DNA of 64,000 bases from Macrostomum lignano. Taxonomy: Eukaryota. The DNA lies in NCBI GenBank assembly GCA_002269645.1, contig NIVC01000023.1:992001-1056000 (forward strand), read 5' to 3'. A program made the translations under genes and the position numbers. The notes beneath the pieces are model-generated. The model did no database searches, had not been told where the DNA came from, and saw nothing but the letters and a program-made list of their open reading frames with translations. Positions 48,401-60,400 of the stretch are shown here, piece by piece (within the stretch, counting starts at the first letter, position 1; the number at the start of each line of letters is the position of its first letter).

Positions 48401-51400
48401 GCCGCCTGTCGACTGCTGAGAGCAGGAAGCTTGAGAACAAGTCTCCGCCATAGCGCGTTGCCCCCGACAAAATGAACCGCCACGTCGGGGCCTGGGCAAA
48501 AAAAATGAAGGGTAAAAAATTTTGCGTCCGAATAAAACCTAAAGTCTCCCATGCCTAAAATGATAACTACTGCATCCCATCTAAATTCGGTTTGAACTAT
48601 TTTTACCTCGGATTGTCGCAAAACCGACGACGCCACCTGACGCCGCCGCCGCAGTCGACTGTGCAGTTTGTCCACTCGCTCCACTGACTCCAGCCGCCGT
48701 CGATTGCGCCATGCCCAGCCGGGACGCACTCTCCGTCCAAGCAGATCTGCAAAGGGACATCGTTTTGGCACAGAAAGATCAATCAAGTAATCTCAGGTCT
48801 CGCAATGAAAGCGCTTTATAATTAATTACCTTCTCATTTCCGCAAGGAGTTCCCGGAGCCCAGACCACTTTTTTTGACCAGCAGATTGATTTGTTGTGCG
48901 ACATCGACACTCGGCACCATAGGGTGCCGCAGGGTCTCAGGTTCTGCAGTGTTACGTGTTGTTATCAAGGACTCTTGCTGCCGCCACGACGAATTCGAAT
49001 TTGCTTACAAGAAAATTTTGATCAATAAAATTTATTTGAGATAAGTGTTAATAAAATTAATCTACAAGCAGTTTATTGATCTTTTATCTTTAATGAAGAG
49101 AATCTATCAGTAAATATCTCCCAGAGCCTACAAGGAGAGCATACAGGATTAGTTATGTCTATGGCAAAAGCTCTTCGGAACCTACAGGATGAGTCATGTC
49201 TATGGCAAACTCTCCCAGAGCCTACAAGGACTGGTTATGTCTATGGAAAAACCTCTACGGAGCCTACAGGGTTAGTTATGTTTATGGCAAAGACTCTCCA
49301 GAGCATACAGGATTAGTTATGTCTATGTCAAAATCTCCACAGAAGTTTGCTAAATATACCCCAACCAATTCCCCCCAACCAACCGTGTCGCACTGCGAAG
49401 CCTCAGCACCAAACAGCAGCCGGCACTGCTCGTTGACGGTGAATCGCGGATAAAATCTGCTTTCAAATGAGCGCTTGGATTTTTGCTGCTGCAGCGCAGC
49501 CGGCCTGCTGCGCTCTCGAGTGCAATCCGACTGGCTTGTGCTGCGGGGTCGGGCAGGAGTTTGAATAAAACTTCAAAATATTTGCCTATTCTGATCCCAA
49601 CCTAAGATATGGGCTGCGTTTCCTCTTTGAGCCAATTAGCATCTCAGCAACTCCCCATTGAGTCAACTGGCATCTCAGCAACTCCCCATTGAGTCAAATG
49701 GCATCTCGGCAACTCCCATTGAGCCAAATGGCATCTCAGCAACTCCCCATTGATCCATGACACAACAGCAACCTAAAAACGCTAGAGTTTAAGAAGCTCG
49801 GCATTAAACACTTGCTGTCACCAAATTCTGCGTTCGCAGACACGGCTAGACTTAAAATTACTTACCGTAGGAATTGTCTGAGATGCAGTTTACTACAGGT
49901 AGACCACGTCCAAGGGTATGTGCTCGGATGCAATGACGAGTCCATCACGAAGTTACCTCTGGCCTCGTGTGGGTATAGCTTTCTCGAGCAGACTGGTGAG
50001 CCATCGTGGTACATGTTAAACCTGTAGGTATTATTATGTACGTTGTGTCAATAATTTTATCCTTTGCTTAGTATAGACGTGCAAGTTGCAAGTTAACAAT
50101 CACATGATGGAGTAAAGCTATTTAATATTCACGGTTCTGGCTCTAAGAGTGGTTCATTGTGGCGCTAAACTGTGGTTCATTGTGGCGCTAAACTGTGGTT
50201 CATTGTGTCGCTAAACTGTGGTTCATTGTGGCGCTAAACTGTGGTTCATTGTGGCGCTAAACTGTGGTTCATTGTGGCGCTAAACTGTGGTTCATTGTGG
50301 CGCTAAACTGTGGTTCATTGTGGCGCTAAACTGTGGTTCATTGTGGCGCTAAACTGTGGTTCATTGTGGCGCTAAACTGTGGTTCATTGTGGCGCTAAAC
50401 TGTGATTCATTGTGGCGCTAAACTGTGGTTCATTGTGGCGCTAAACTGTGGTTCATTGTGGCGCTAAACTGTGGTTCATTGTGGCGCTAAACTATGATTC
50501 ATTGTGGCGCTAAACTGTGATTCATTGTGGCGCTAAACTGTGATTCATTGTGGCGCTAAACTGTGATTCATTGTGGCGCTAAACTATGATTCATTGTGGC
50601 GCTAAACTGTGGTTCATTGTGGCGCTAAACTGTGGTTCATTGTGGCGCTAAACTGTGGTTCATTGTGGCGCTAAACTGTGGTTCATTGTGGCGCTAAACT
50701 GTGGTTCATTGTGGCGCTAAACTATGATTCATTGTGGCGCTAAACTGTGATTCATTGTGGCGCTAAACTGTGATTCATTGTGGCGCTAAACTGTGATTCA
50801 TTGTGGCGCTAAACTGTGATTCATTGTGGCGCTAAACTGTGATTCATTGTGGCGCTAAACTGTGATTCATTGTGGCGCTAAACTGTGGTTTATTTTTAGC
50901 GCTGAACTGTGGTTCATTGTGTCGCTAAACTGTGGTTTATTTGTAGCGCTGAAGTTAGTTCATTGTGTCGCTAAAGTTAGTTTATTGTGGCGCTAAACTG
51001 TGGTTCATAGTGGCGCTAAGTTTGGTTTAATAGTGGCGCTAAATTGGGTGCCACCAAATCGAGTGATTGAAAAATATTCTATCTAGATTACTACTAGTAG
51101 GGAAAACACAACAAAATGTAGCGATATATAACTCTCACGTGTGCCCGAGCTCGTGAGCCAGAGAAAATCCCGACTGCAGACCGATCTCTTGCAGCACAAT
51201 CCCGTTTCGAAGCATCTCGCAAAGCGATCGATAAGTTGTTATGCCTAAAATTGCATTTGCAAATTTCAGTAAATTTAAAAGAATTCCAAAAACTGCAGAC
51301 TTCACTGAACTCACCCAGCACCGGGTCCTTGACCAGCTTGCCGTCAAATTCGACAAATGAGAACAGAAATTTCCTGAAATCATCAAATAAAATTTCCGAT

Positions 51401-54400
51401 GATTTTTCTCATCACTTAGCTTTAATTAACTGATAAGTTTTTAGCCCGACGTTGGTTCGAATCGTACTCCTTCCCATCCTTTTTTTAGAATCTTCATGGC
51501 TATTATTGGTGTAAAAAAGTTTTTTACACAACATATCGGCATTAGAAAAATTTCTGCCTTAATTCTATATTTGTGTCTTGATAATAGTACTTCTATTACA
51601 ATTTTATTGTCAATTTTAGTGCGTGTTTTTGCCGTGATTTTCGAAATTAACTATTAAATCTAAGTGCTACTGGATTTCGAGTTTTACAACTCACCTAGTA
51701 AGTAGTACCGAGATATCCCAAGAAACTGACTGGCCAAATCGGGATCTGTGCAGTCGGCCGATCCAAGCGTTGAACGAGTCGAGAACGTCGCTGGCCACTT
51801 GGTCGGTGTCGAGCGACATGATTTCAGCCTGAGTTTGCAGGGAATAATATTAATTTTACGCGGATATTAAGCTAGAAATTACAGTAAAAAATTAATAAAG
51901 CCTTAAAATTCCAACCTCTTCTTCGCTGGTGAGCCGATAAACGCTAGCCAGACTGAGTTCGATGCTCTCCTCCAGCTGGGGGTCTCTGAATACTCCTTGG
52001 GCCTGAGAAGGCGATGCGTGATATGGCTGACACGTTTTAACACTGACTGAGCCAAGTGGAGAAAGGAATTATTAGAACTGAAATTAGCATGCCAGAGTGA
52101 TAGATAGAAAGCGAGTGACAAAGAGTAGAGGGGAAAATATAGGGATAAAAAGAGTGATGGAGTGGGACAGAGTGACAGAGTAGGGGAGAAAGACAGTGAC
52201 AGAGATGAAGCCAAAGAGAGTGACAGAATGGAGGACAAAGAGAGTGAGTGACAGAGTGGAGGAGAAAAGTAGTGACAGAGTGGAGGAGAAAAGTAGTGAC
52301 AGAGTGAAGGAGACAGAGGGTGACAGAGTGGAGGAGAAGAAGAGCGACAGAATGGAGAAGAAATAGGGTGACAGAGTGGAGGAGAAAGAGGGTGACAGAG
52401 TGGAGGAGAAGAAGAGCGACAGAGTGGAGGAGAAGAAGAGCGACAGAGTGGAGGAGAAATAGGGTGACAGAGTGGAGGAGAAATAGGGTGACAGAGTGGA
52501 GGAGAAAGAGGGTGACAGAGTGGAGGAGAAATAGGGTGACAGAGTGGAGGAGAAAGAGGGTGACAGAGTGGAGGAGAAGAAGAGCGACAGAGTGGAGGAG
52601 AAAGAGAGTGACAGAGTGGAGGACAAAGAGAGTGACAGAGTGGAGGAGAAAGAGGGTGACAGAGTGGAGGAGAAATAGGGTGACAGAGTGGAGGAGAAAG
52701 AGGGTGACAGAGTGGAGGAGAAGGAGAGTGACAGTTAAGGAAATCAATAGTTTCAATTGTATTGGATTCATTACAACGGCACTGGCAACTCACAATGCCC
52801 AATATGCCAAACACAAAATCGTCCAGAATGGCCCTATGAAAGGACACAATACTCGAATCCACCACAAACAGAATCTCAACGAAACGGTGACTGACAATTT
52901 CGTCCACGATTGTGGTGGACACAGAGCGGCGAGGTCTTCGACTGAGTCTTTGATTGTCTGGACGGGGATCAGCTGGGGGAGTTTCTGTGGGTAGTTTGTC
53001 AGTAGATTCTTTGGTCAAACAATTGGCAAAAATATATTCTTTCCAAATATATGATAAACCACACATACTAGAATAATTAGACAGGCCCCCACTCAGAAAA
53101 TTTGCGTGTGAGCTACTTTCAGTTCAGTAGTAAGTTAAACAGAAGCATTTTAACTTGTTTTTAAACCTAAGGCTCATTTTATTAGCTCTTACCACCAACT
53201 TAAACCCTCCAACGGCTCCCTCCACAACTCCCTTGCCCCGCCCCAATTTTTATTGCCTTTCTCGGAATTCTAGCCTAAATAGCCTAAAGCGGCCATGTAC
53301 ATTTCAGTGGACTGGCTAATGTACATTATGACTGAACCAATTAGCAAGTTTGTTACGCCTGCAAGCTTTGGGCTTCTAAATTGATTAAAGTCATTTCAGC
53401 TGCCTTTATTTTCATTAAATAGCTTTTATTCTCATTTGCTACTGAACTGAAAGTAGAAAGTTATTTTGTATCTGTGGCATAGACAGATTTCCAGTACGAT
53501 AATCAAAATGTGTCCTTATTTGACCCCATTCAGTTCGTATTCCATTGGATTCCAAAGATCTTATATTATTGTGAAGAAAGAATTTTTAAACGAGTCCCCA
53601 GTTCACAACAGGTGGCTCTGGTTCGCATCGAAGGCGCAGAAATCTTTCTAAAAAAAGGTCTTTTCTCTCTTAAACGGCTCTATTAAACGTGCGACAATAT
53701 AATTTGGTCTTCGGCTGTGATTCAGACTTGTTGGCCGCGAGTGTGGGCGAGTGTGTCTGGCCTCTTTAATGGCGGAAAAATTGTTGCGAACAGGAGAGAA
53801 AGAAAGGAGCTTTGGCTCCGGAAGACTGAATATATATGGGTACACCCGGATGACTCATCGCCATTCCTGTTAGGCTACTAGACATTTTGCATGTGCATTT
53901 TTTTCTCGTGAACTTGCTGCTTACAAAGATCCATCATAATCTCTAAGATCTGTTTGTCGGGTATTTCAGTCTATAGCCTGAACGCCTGAAATGATTTTTT
54001 TCAAACCTGTTTGTGTTGTAAAATTTGACCTATGCAGGGAATCCAGGGGTGGCAGGTAGATGATGACAGAGTCTGTGTGTGTAGGGAGTTCCAGGTAATC
54101 CAGGGTGGCAGGTCGATGCTGACAGGGTCTGTGTGTGCCTGTAGGCAGTTCCAGGGAATCCAGGGGTGGCAGGTCGATGCTGACAGGGTCTGTGTGTGCC
54201 TGTGGGGAGTTCCAGGGAATCCAGGGTAGCAGGTCGATGCTGACAGGGTCTGTGTGTGCCTGTGGGGAGTTCCAAGGAAACCAGGGTAGCAGGTCGACGC
54301 TGACAGGGTCTGTGTGTGCCTGTGGGGAGTTCCAGGGAATCCAGGGGTGGCAGGTAGATGATGACAGAGTCTGTGTGTGTAGGGAGTTCCAGGTAATCCA

Positions 54401-57400
54401 GGGTGGCAGGTCGATGCTGACAGGGTCTGTGTGTGCCTGTAGGCAGTTCCAGGGAATCCAGGGGTGGCAGGTCGATGCTGACAGGGTCTGTGTGTGCCTG
54501 TGGGGAGTTCCAGGGAATCCAGGGTAGCAGGTCGATGCTGACAGGGTCTGTGTGTGCCTGTGGGGAGTTCCAAGGAAACCAGGGTAGCAGGTCGACGCTG
54601 ACAGGGTCTGTGTGTGCCTGTGGGGAGTTCCAGGGAATCCAGGGGTGGCAGGTAGATGATGACAGAGTCTGTGTGTGTAGGGAGTTCCAGGTAATCCAGG
54701 GTGGCAGGTCGATGCTGACAGGGTCTGTGTGTGCCTGTAGGCAGTTCCAGGGAATCCAGGGGTGGCAGGTCGATGCTGACAGGGTCTGTGTGTGCCTGTG
54801 GGGAGTTCCAGGGAATCCAGGGTAGCAGGTCGATGCTGACAGGGTCTGTGTGTGCCTGTGGGGAGTTCCAAGGAAACCAGGGTAGCAGGTCGACGCTGAC
54901 AGGGTCTGTGTGTGCCTGTGGGGAGTTCCAGGGAATCCAGGGTAGCAGGTCGACGCTGACAGGGTCTGTGTGTGCCTGTGGGGAGTTCCAGGGAATCCAG
55001 GGTAGCAGGTCGACGCTGACAGGGTCTGTGTGTGCCTGTGGGGAGTTCCAGGGAATCCAGGGTAGCAGGTCGACGCTGACAGGGTCTGTGTGTGTGCCTG
55101 TGGGGAGTTCCAGGGAATCCAGGGTAGCAGGTCGATGCTGACAGGGTCTGTGTGTAGGGAGTTCCAGGTAATCCAGGGTGGCAGGTCGACGCTGACAGGG
55201 TCTGTGTGTGTAGGGAGTTCCAGGGATTCCAGGGTGGCAGGTTGATGCTGACAGGGTCTGTGTGTGCCTGTAGGCAGTTCCAGGGAATTCAGGGTGGCAG
55301 GTTGATGCTGACAGGGTCTGTGTGTGCCTGTGGGGAATTCCAAGGAATCCAGATTATGGGCACAGGAAATACTTATTTTAGTTTTACAGAGAATGTGCGT
55401 GGGGATTTTAACTCGGGGAAGAAGCATTCAATGTGTTTTCGACTTAGAAACAGTGCATAAAGTAAACAGTGCTTCGAATTCCTTCTATAAAAATATGCGC
55501 AGAAGTTTAGAGGAAGGAACTGCAACAAAAAGATACGGTCAACTGCCCACTATAGACGACGCGACGACTGTTACCTCTTGTCGTAAAAAGCTATCTTCAC
55601 AATATGTTTATTAGTTGCTAAATGAAGGCTAACGTTTCCTAGCAATCTCTGTCTCGCCTATCAGTTAACTTCAGGAACTGACGCCGCTTCTGCTATAGAG
55701 AAAAAGTACAAATGCAGTGCAAAGCACAATATCTACAGCTTCTGCCGTCCTACCTACCCTCAATCACCAAATCAGCAGGAACCATCGCTGTTCGCTTTAG
55801 GTTCCTTAAATTTTTTTACCCGCTGATCTACTGCCCTCTACAGTGAGTCATCCTCAGTAGCCGATGCACTATAAGATAGACAGAAGTGCGAGGGGATAAA
55901 TGGCCGTTGCTATCGAAATGCTTTAACAGCTGTACTGGATTCGGTGGCGTACGAAAAAGACAGGGGGTGACAACCAAGAGACAAGGGGCGATAACCAAGA
56001 GACAGTGGCAACAACCAAGAGACAGGGGTGACAACCAAGAGACAGTGGCAACAACCAAGAGACAGGGGCGGTAACCAAGAGAAAGGGACGACAACCAAGA
56101 GACAGGGACGACAACCAAGAGATAGGGACGACAACCAAGAGATAGGGACGACAACCAAGAGACAGGGGCGACAACCAAGAGACAGGGACGACAACCAAGA
56201 GACAGGGGCGACAACCAAGAGACAGGGACGACAACCAAGAGACAGGGGCGACAACCAAGAGACAGGGACGACAACCAAGAGACAGGGACAACAACCAAGA
56301 GACAGGGACAACAACCAAGAGACAGGGGCGACAACCAAGAGACGGGGGCGACAACCAAGAGACGGGGGCGACAACCAAGAGACAGGGGGCACCAAGAGAC
56401 GGGGCGAAAACCAAGAGACAGGGGGCACCAAGAGACAGGGGCGAAAACCAAGAGACATCGGCGACTTTTAGCGTTGCGACCCCTCACCAATTAAAATATT
56501 GCGTACATCACTGACCAGATTTCAGACAACAATATTTGTTCTTCAACAATAAATTCATCGTCGAAAAGTTAATATTTGACGATATAAAAGTCAAGACAGG
56601 CTAACAAGCACCTTGACCTTTTTGTCTGCGTCTGGCTGTCGGACGAAACTTTAATAGTTCACACTGGAAAACTCGTGCCTGGGGACAAAGTTTGGCTATT
56701 GAATGTCAGACGAGGGTCATACCTCGTGGCGCGGCTAGTGTTGTACATGCCTTACCTCCGTGTGCGTGGTGAGCCTGTGCATGCTCAGGGGCAAGCGCAA
56801 TGGTCATTAGCCATGACTGCTTAAAAATAGGACTTATGTATGGAATCCAGGGGTGGCAGGTCGATGCTGACAGGGTCTGTGTGTGTGAGGAGTTCGAGGG
56901 GAACCAGGGGTCGCAGGTCGATGCTGACAGGGTCTGTGTGTGTAGGGAGCTCGAGGGGATCCAGGGGTCGCAGATCGATGCTGACAGGGTCTCTGTGTGT
57001 GTAGGGAGTTCGAGGGGATCCAGGGGTCGCAGGTCGATACTGACAGGGTCTCTGTGTATGTAGGGAGTTCGAGGGGATCCAGGGGTCGCAGGTCGATACT
57101 GACAGGGTCTCTGTGTATGTAGGGAGCTCGAGGGAATCCAGGGGTCGCAGGTCAATGCTGACAGGGTCTGTGTGTGTGTAGGGAGTTCGAGGGGATCCAG
57201 GGGTGGCAGGTCGATGCTGACAGGGTCTGTGTGTGTAAGGAGTGCGAGGGGATCCAGGGGTCGCAGGTCGATACTGACAGGGTCTCTGTGTGTGTAGGGA
57301 GCTCGAGGGAATCCAGGGGTGGCAGGTCGATGCTGACCCTGTGTGCCTGTGGGGATTTCCAGGGAATCCAGACGAAATTGTCTAGACGACCTTGGCCCTA

Positions 57401-60400
57401 ATTTTTTTGCTCAAAATGATTTATTCTTGTTCCCAAATCCCTAGCCTACATAATTGTGCCAGTGCTGCGCCTGTGGATTTATGATTTGGTTTAGAAGAAA
57501 ATGTAAATTTACCTACTAGCAGATAGACTTAGAGACTTAGCTCACTTAAAACTTGCAGGCTCTTCAGGTCCACTTGAATTAATTAATTACTCAGCATATG
57601 CCGATCTATTGTTTACAGTTGACCCAATAGCATAGAAGTGAATGCTTAGCTAGTTACCTGATGGAAGCTTCCTTTCTTGTCCAATGGACTTTTACATCAC
57701 AGAAAAAGCCTCCCAATAGCCAATTAGTCAGTGTGCTAAGGTTGGAGGCAGATTTACAAGATTATAATCTCAGATATTCATATATTAAAAATTAAAAATA
57801 GAAAATACTAAGCTAGTTTAACGCTTCTCTGACACCCAATTCGGCGCTTCTCTGACACCCAATTCGGCGCTTCTCTGACACCCAATTCGGCGCTTCTCTG
57901 ACACCCAATTCGGCGCTTCTCTGACACCCAATTCGGCGCTTCTCTGACACCCAATTCGGCGCTTCTCTGACACCCAATTCGGCGCTTCTCTGACACCCAA
58001 TTCGGCGCTTCTCTGACACATTCGGCGCTTCTCTGACACCCAATTCGGCGCTTCTCTGACACCCAATTCGGCGCCTCTCTGACACCCGATTCGGTGCTTC
58101 TCTGACACCCAATTCGGCGCTACTCTGACACCCAATTTGGCGCTTCTCTGACGCCCAATTCGGTGCTTCTCTGACACCCAATTCGGCGCTTCTCTGACAC
58201 ATTCGGCGCTTCTCTGACACCCAGTTCTCAGACATTTCATTCGGCGCTTTTCTGACACTCAATTTCGGCGCTTCTCTGACACCCAGTTCTCAGACATTTC
58301 ATTCGGCGCTTTTCTGACACTCAATTTCGGCGCGTCTCTGACACCCAATTCGGCGCTTCTCTGACACCCAATTCGGCGCTTCTCTGACACCCAATTCGGC
58401 GCTTCTCTGACACCCAATTCGGCGCTTCTCTGACACCCAATTCGGCGCTTCTCTGACACCAAATTCGGCGCTTCTCTGACACCCAATTCGGCGCTTCTCT
58501 GACACCCAATTTGGCGCTTCTCTGACACCCAATTTGGCGCTTCTCTGACACCCAATTCAACGCTTCTCTGACACCCAATTCGGCGCTTCTCTGACACCCA
58601 ATTCGGCGCTTCTCTGACACCCAATTCGGCGCTTCTCTGACACCCAATTCGGCGCTTCTCTGACACCCTATTCGGCGCTTCTCTGACACCCAATTCGGCG
58701 CTTCTCTGACACATTCGGCGCTTCTCTGACACCCAATTCTCAGACATTTCATTTGGCGCTTTTCTGACACCCAATTCGGCGCTTCTCTGACACCCAATTC
58801 GGCGCTTCTCTGACACCCAATTCGGCGCTTCTCTGACACCCAATTCGGCGCTTCTCTGACACCCAATTCGGCGCTTCTCTGACACCCAATTCGGCGCTTC
58901 TCTGACACCCAATTCGGCGCTTCTCTGACACATTCGGCGCTTCTCTGACACCCAATTCTCAGACATTTCATTTGGCGCTTTTCTGGCATCCGATTCGGCG
59001 CTTTTCTGACACTCAATTCGGCGCTTCTCAGACATTTGATTTGGCGCTTTTCTGACACTTAATTCTGCGCTTCTCTGACACCTCGTTAGATGCCCAGTTT
59101 CGAAGGCCACAAAGAATTCCTTAAGCTTCTTTACCTGTACTTTTAGCCAGCGAGAAAGGCTTGAACTAAACAGTTAAACAAATGTCGAGACAGCCAGCTG
59201 AACATGTAAATTCTAACTTTTGATTGATGATTGATACCAATTGCGCGAAAAACGATATTGTTGTTTACACTAGAAACAAGCTTAGCTCGGGAAAAAAAGA
59301 TCGCCGAATTTTTTCGCATTGAAAGTACATCGCGTACCTTACGTCTGGAGGCCTGTTCGGGAAGCGTAGCAGCATCGTCCTCCAAGGGGGAGGGGGTTTG
59401 TTGCCGAATTCTTGTTGAAGAAATTTTACCTGTATTCCCAGAGGATTATGACCCAACATTCTCCCTTCCCGATGCGGTTTCAGCAACCACCGACTGACCT
59501 ATAAAATCTAAGCCCCCCCCCCCTAGATGCGACAGTATGCAGCTACGCCTGCAACCGTAATTTCAGTTTAGGATAAATTGGATTTAAAATGCAAATTCAG
59601 AAGGCGAAACTGCGAAGTTTTGCCGTAAAATGCGCAATTATTGTTAGATGGATGTCCTCGTTAGAAATGCCCCTGCCAAAATTGAGTCTTGCAGTGCAAT
59701 GACATTGTTTATTAATTACTGATTGTTTTGAGTAATTAAATTATTTTTTATCAATAGGATGGTCATTTTTACATCTAAACATTGGCATTTTTTACGCCAA
59801 ATTGGGGTGTCTCAATGGCGCTAAATTGGGGTGTCTCAATGACGCTAAATTGGGGTGTCTCAATGGCGCTAAATTGGGGTGTCTCAATGGCGCTAAATTG
59901 GGGTTTTTCATTGGCGCCAAATTTGGGTGCCTGTCGTAATGGCGCCAAATTGGAGGTGTATGTCTCAAGGGCACCAAATTGAAGGTGTCTGTCTCAATGG
60001 CGCCAAATTTAGATGCCTGTCTCAATGGCGCCAAATTGGAGGTGTATGTCTCAAGGGCACCAAATTGAAGGTGTCTGTCTCAATGGTGCCAAATTGGAGG
60101 TGCCTGTCTCAATGGCGCCAAATTTAGATGCCTGTCTCAATGGCGCCAAATTGGAGGTGTATGTCTCAAGGGCACCAAATTGAAGGTGTCTGTCTCAATG
60201 GTGCCAAATTGGAGGTGCCTGTCTCAATGGCGCCAAATTGGGGTGTCTCATTGTAACTGGGCTTTGGCTTGCCTAAAACTTATATATACCGGTATACTTC
60301 GTATATATATCTTCTATCTATCTTCGTATATCGTATATATATACATAAACCAGTTGACCTGAAACGAATAAGTTCGAATAGCTAATTTAATTCGAAGAAA

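Noticed and set aside
53966-59110. 300-465 aa ORFs in the ADAMTS large intron
   Set aside because: All derive from satellite units open in several frames on both strands, with no domain signal.
59143-59497. Possible extra ADAMTS pro-domain exon
   Set aside because: The phase-1 frame required by the 60947 donor hits a stop, and exons 60947 and 53038 already join in phase.
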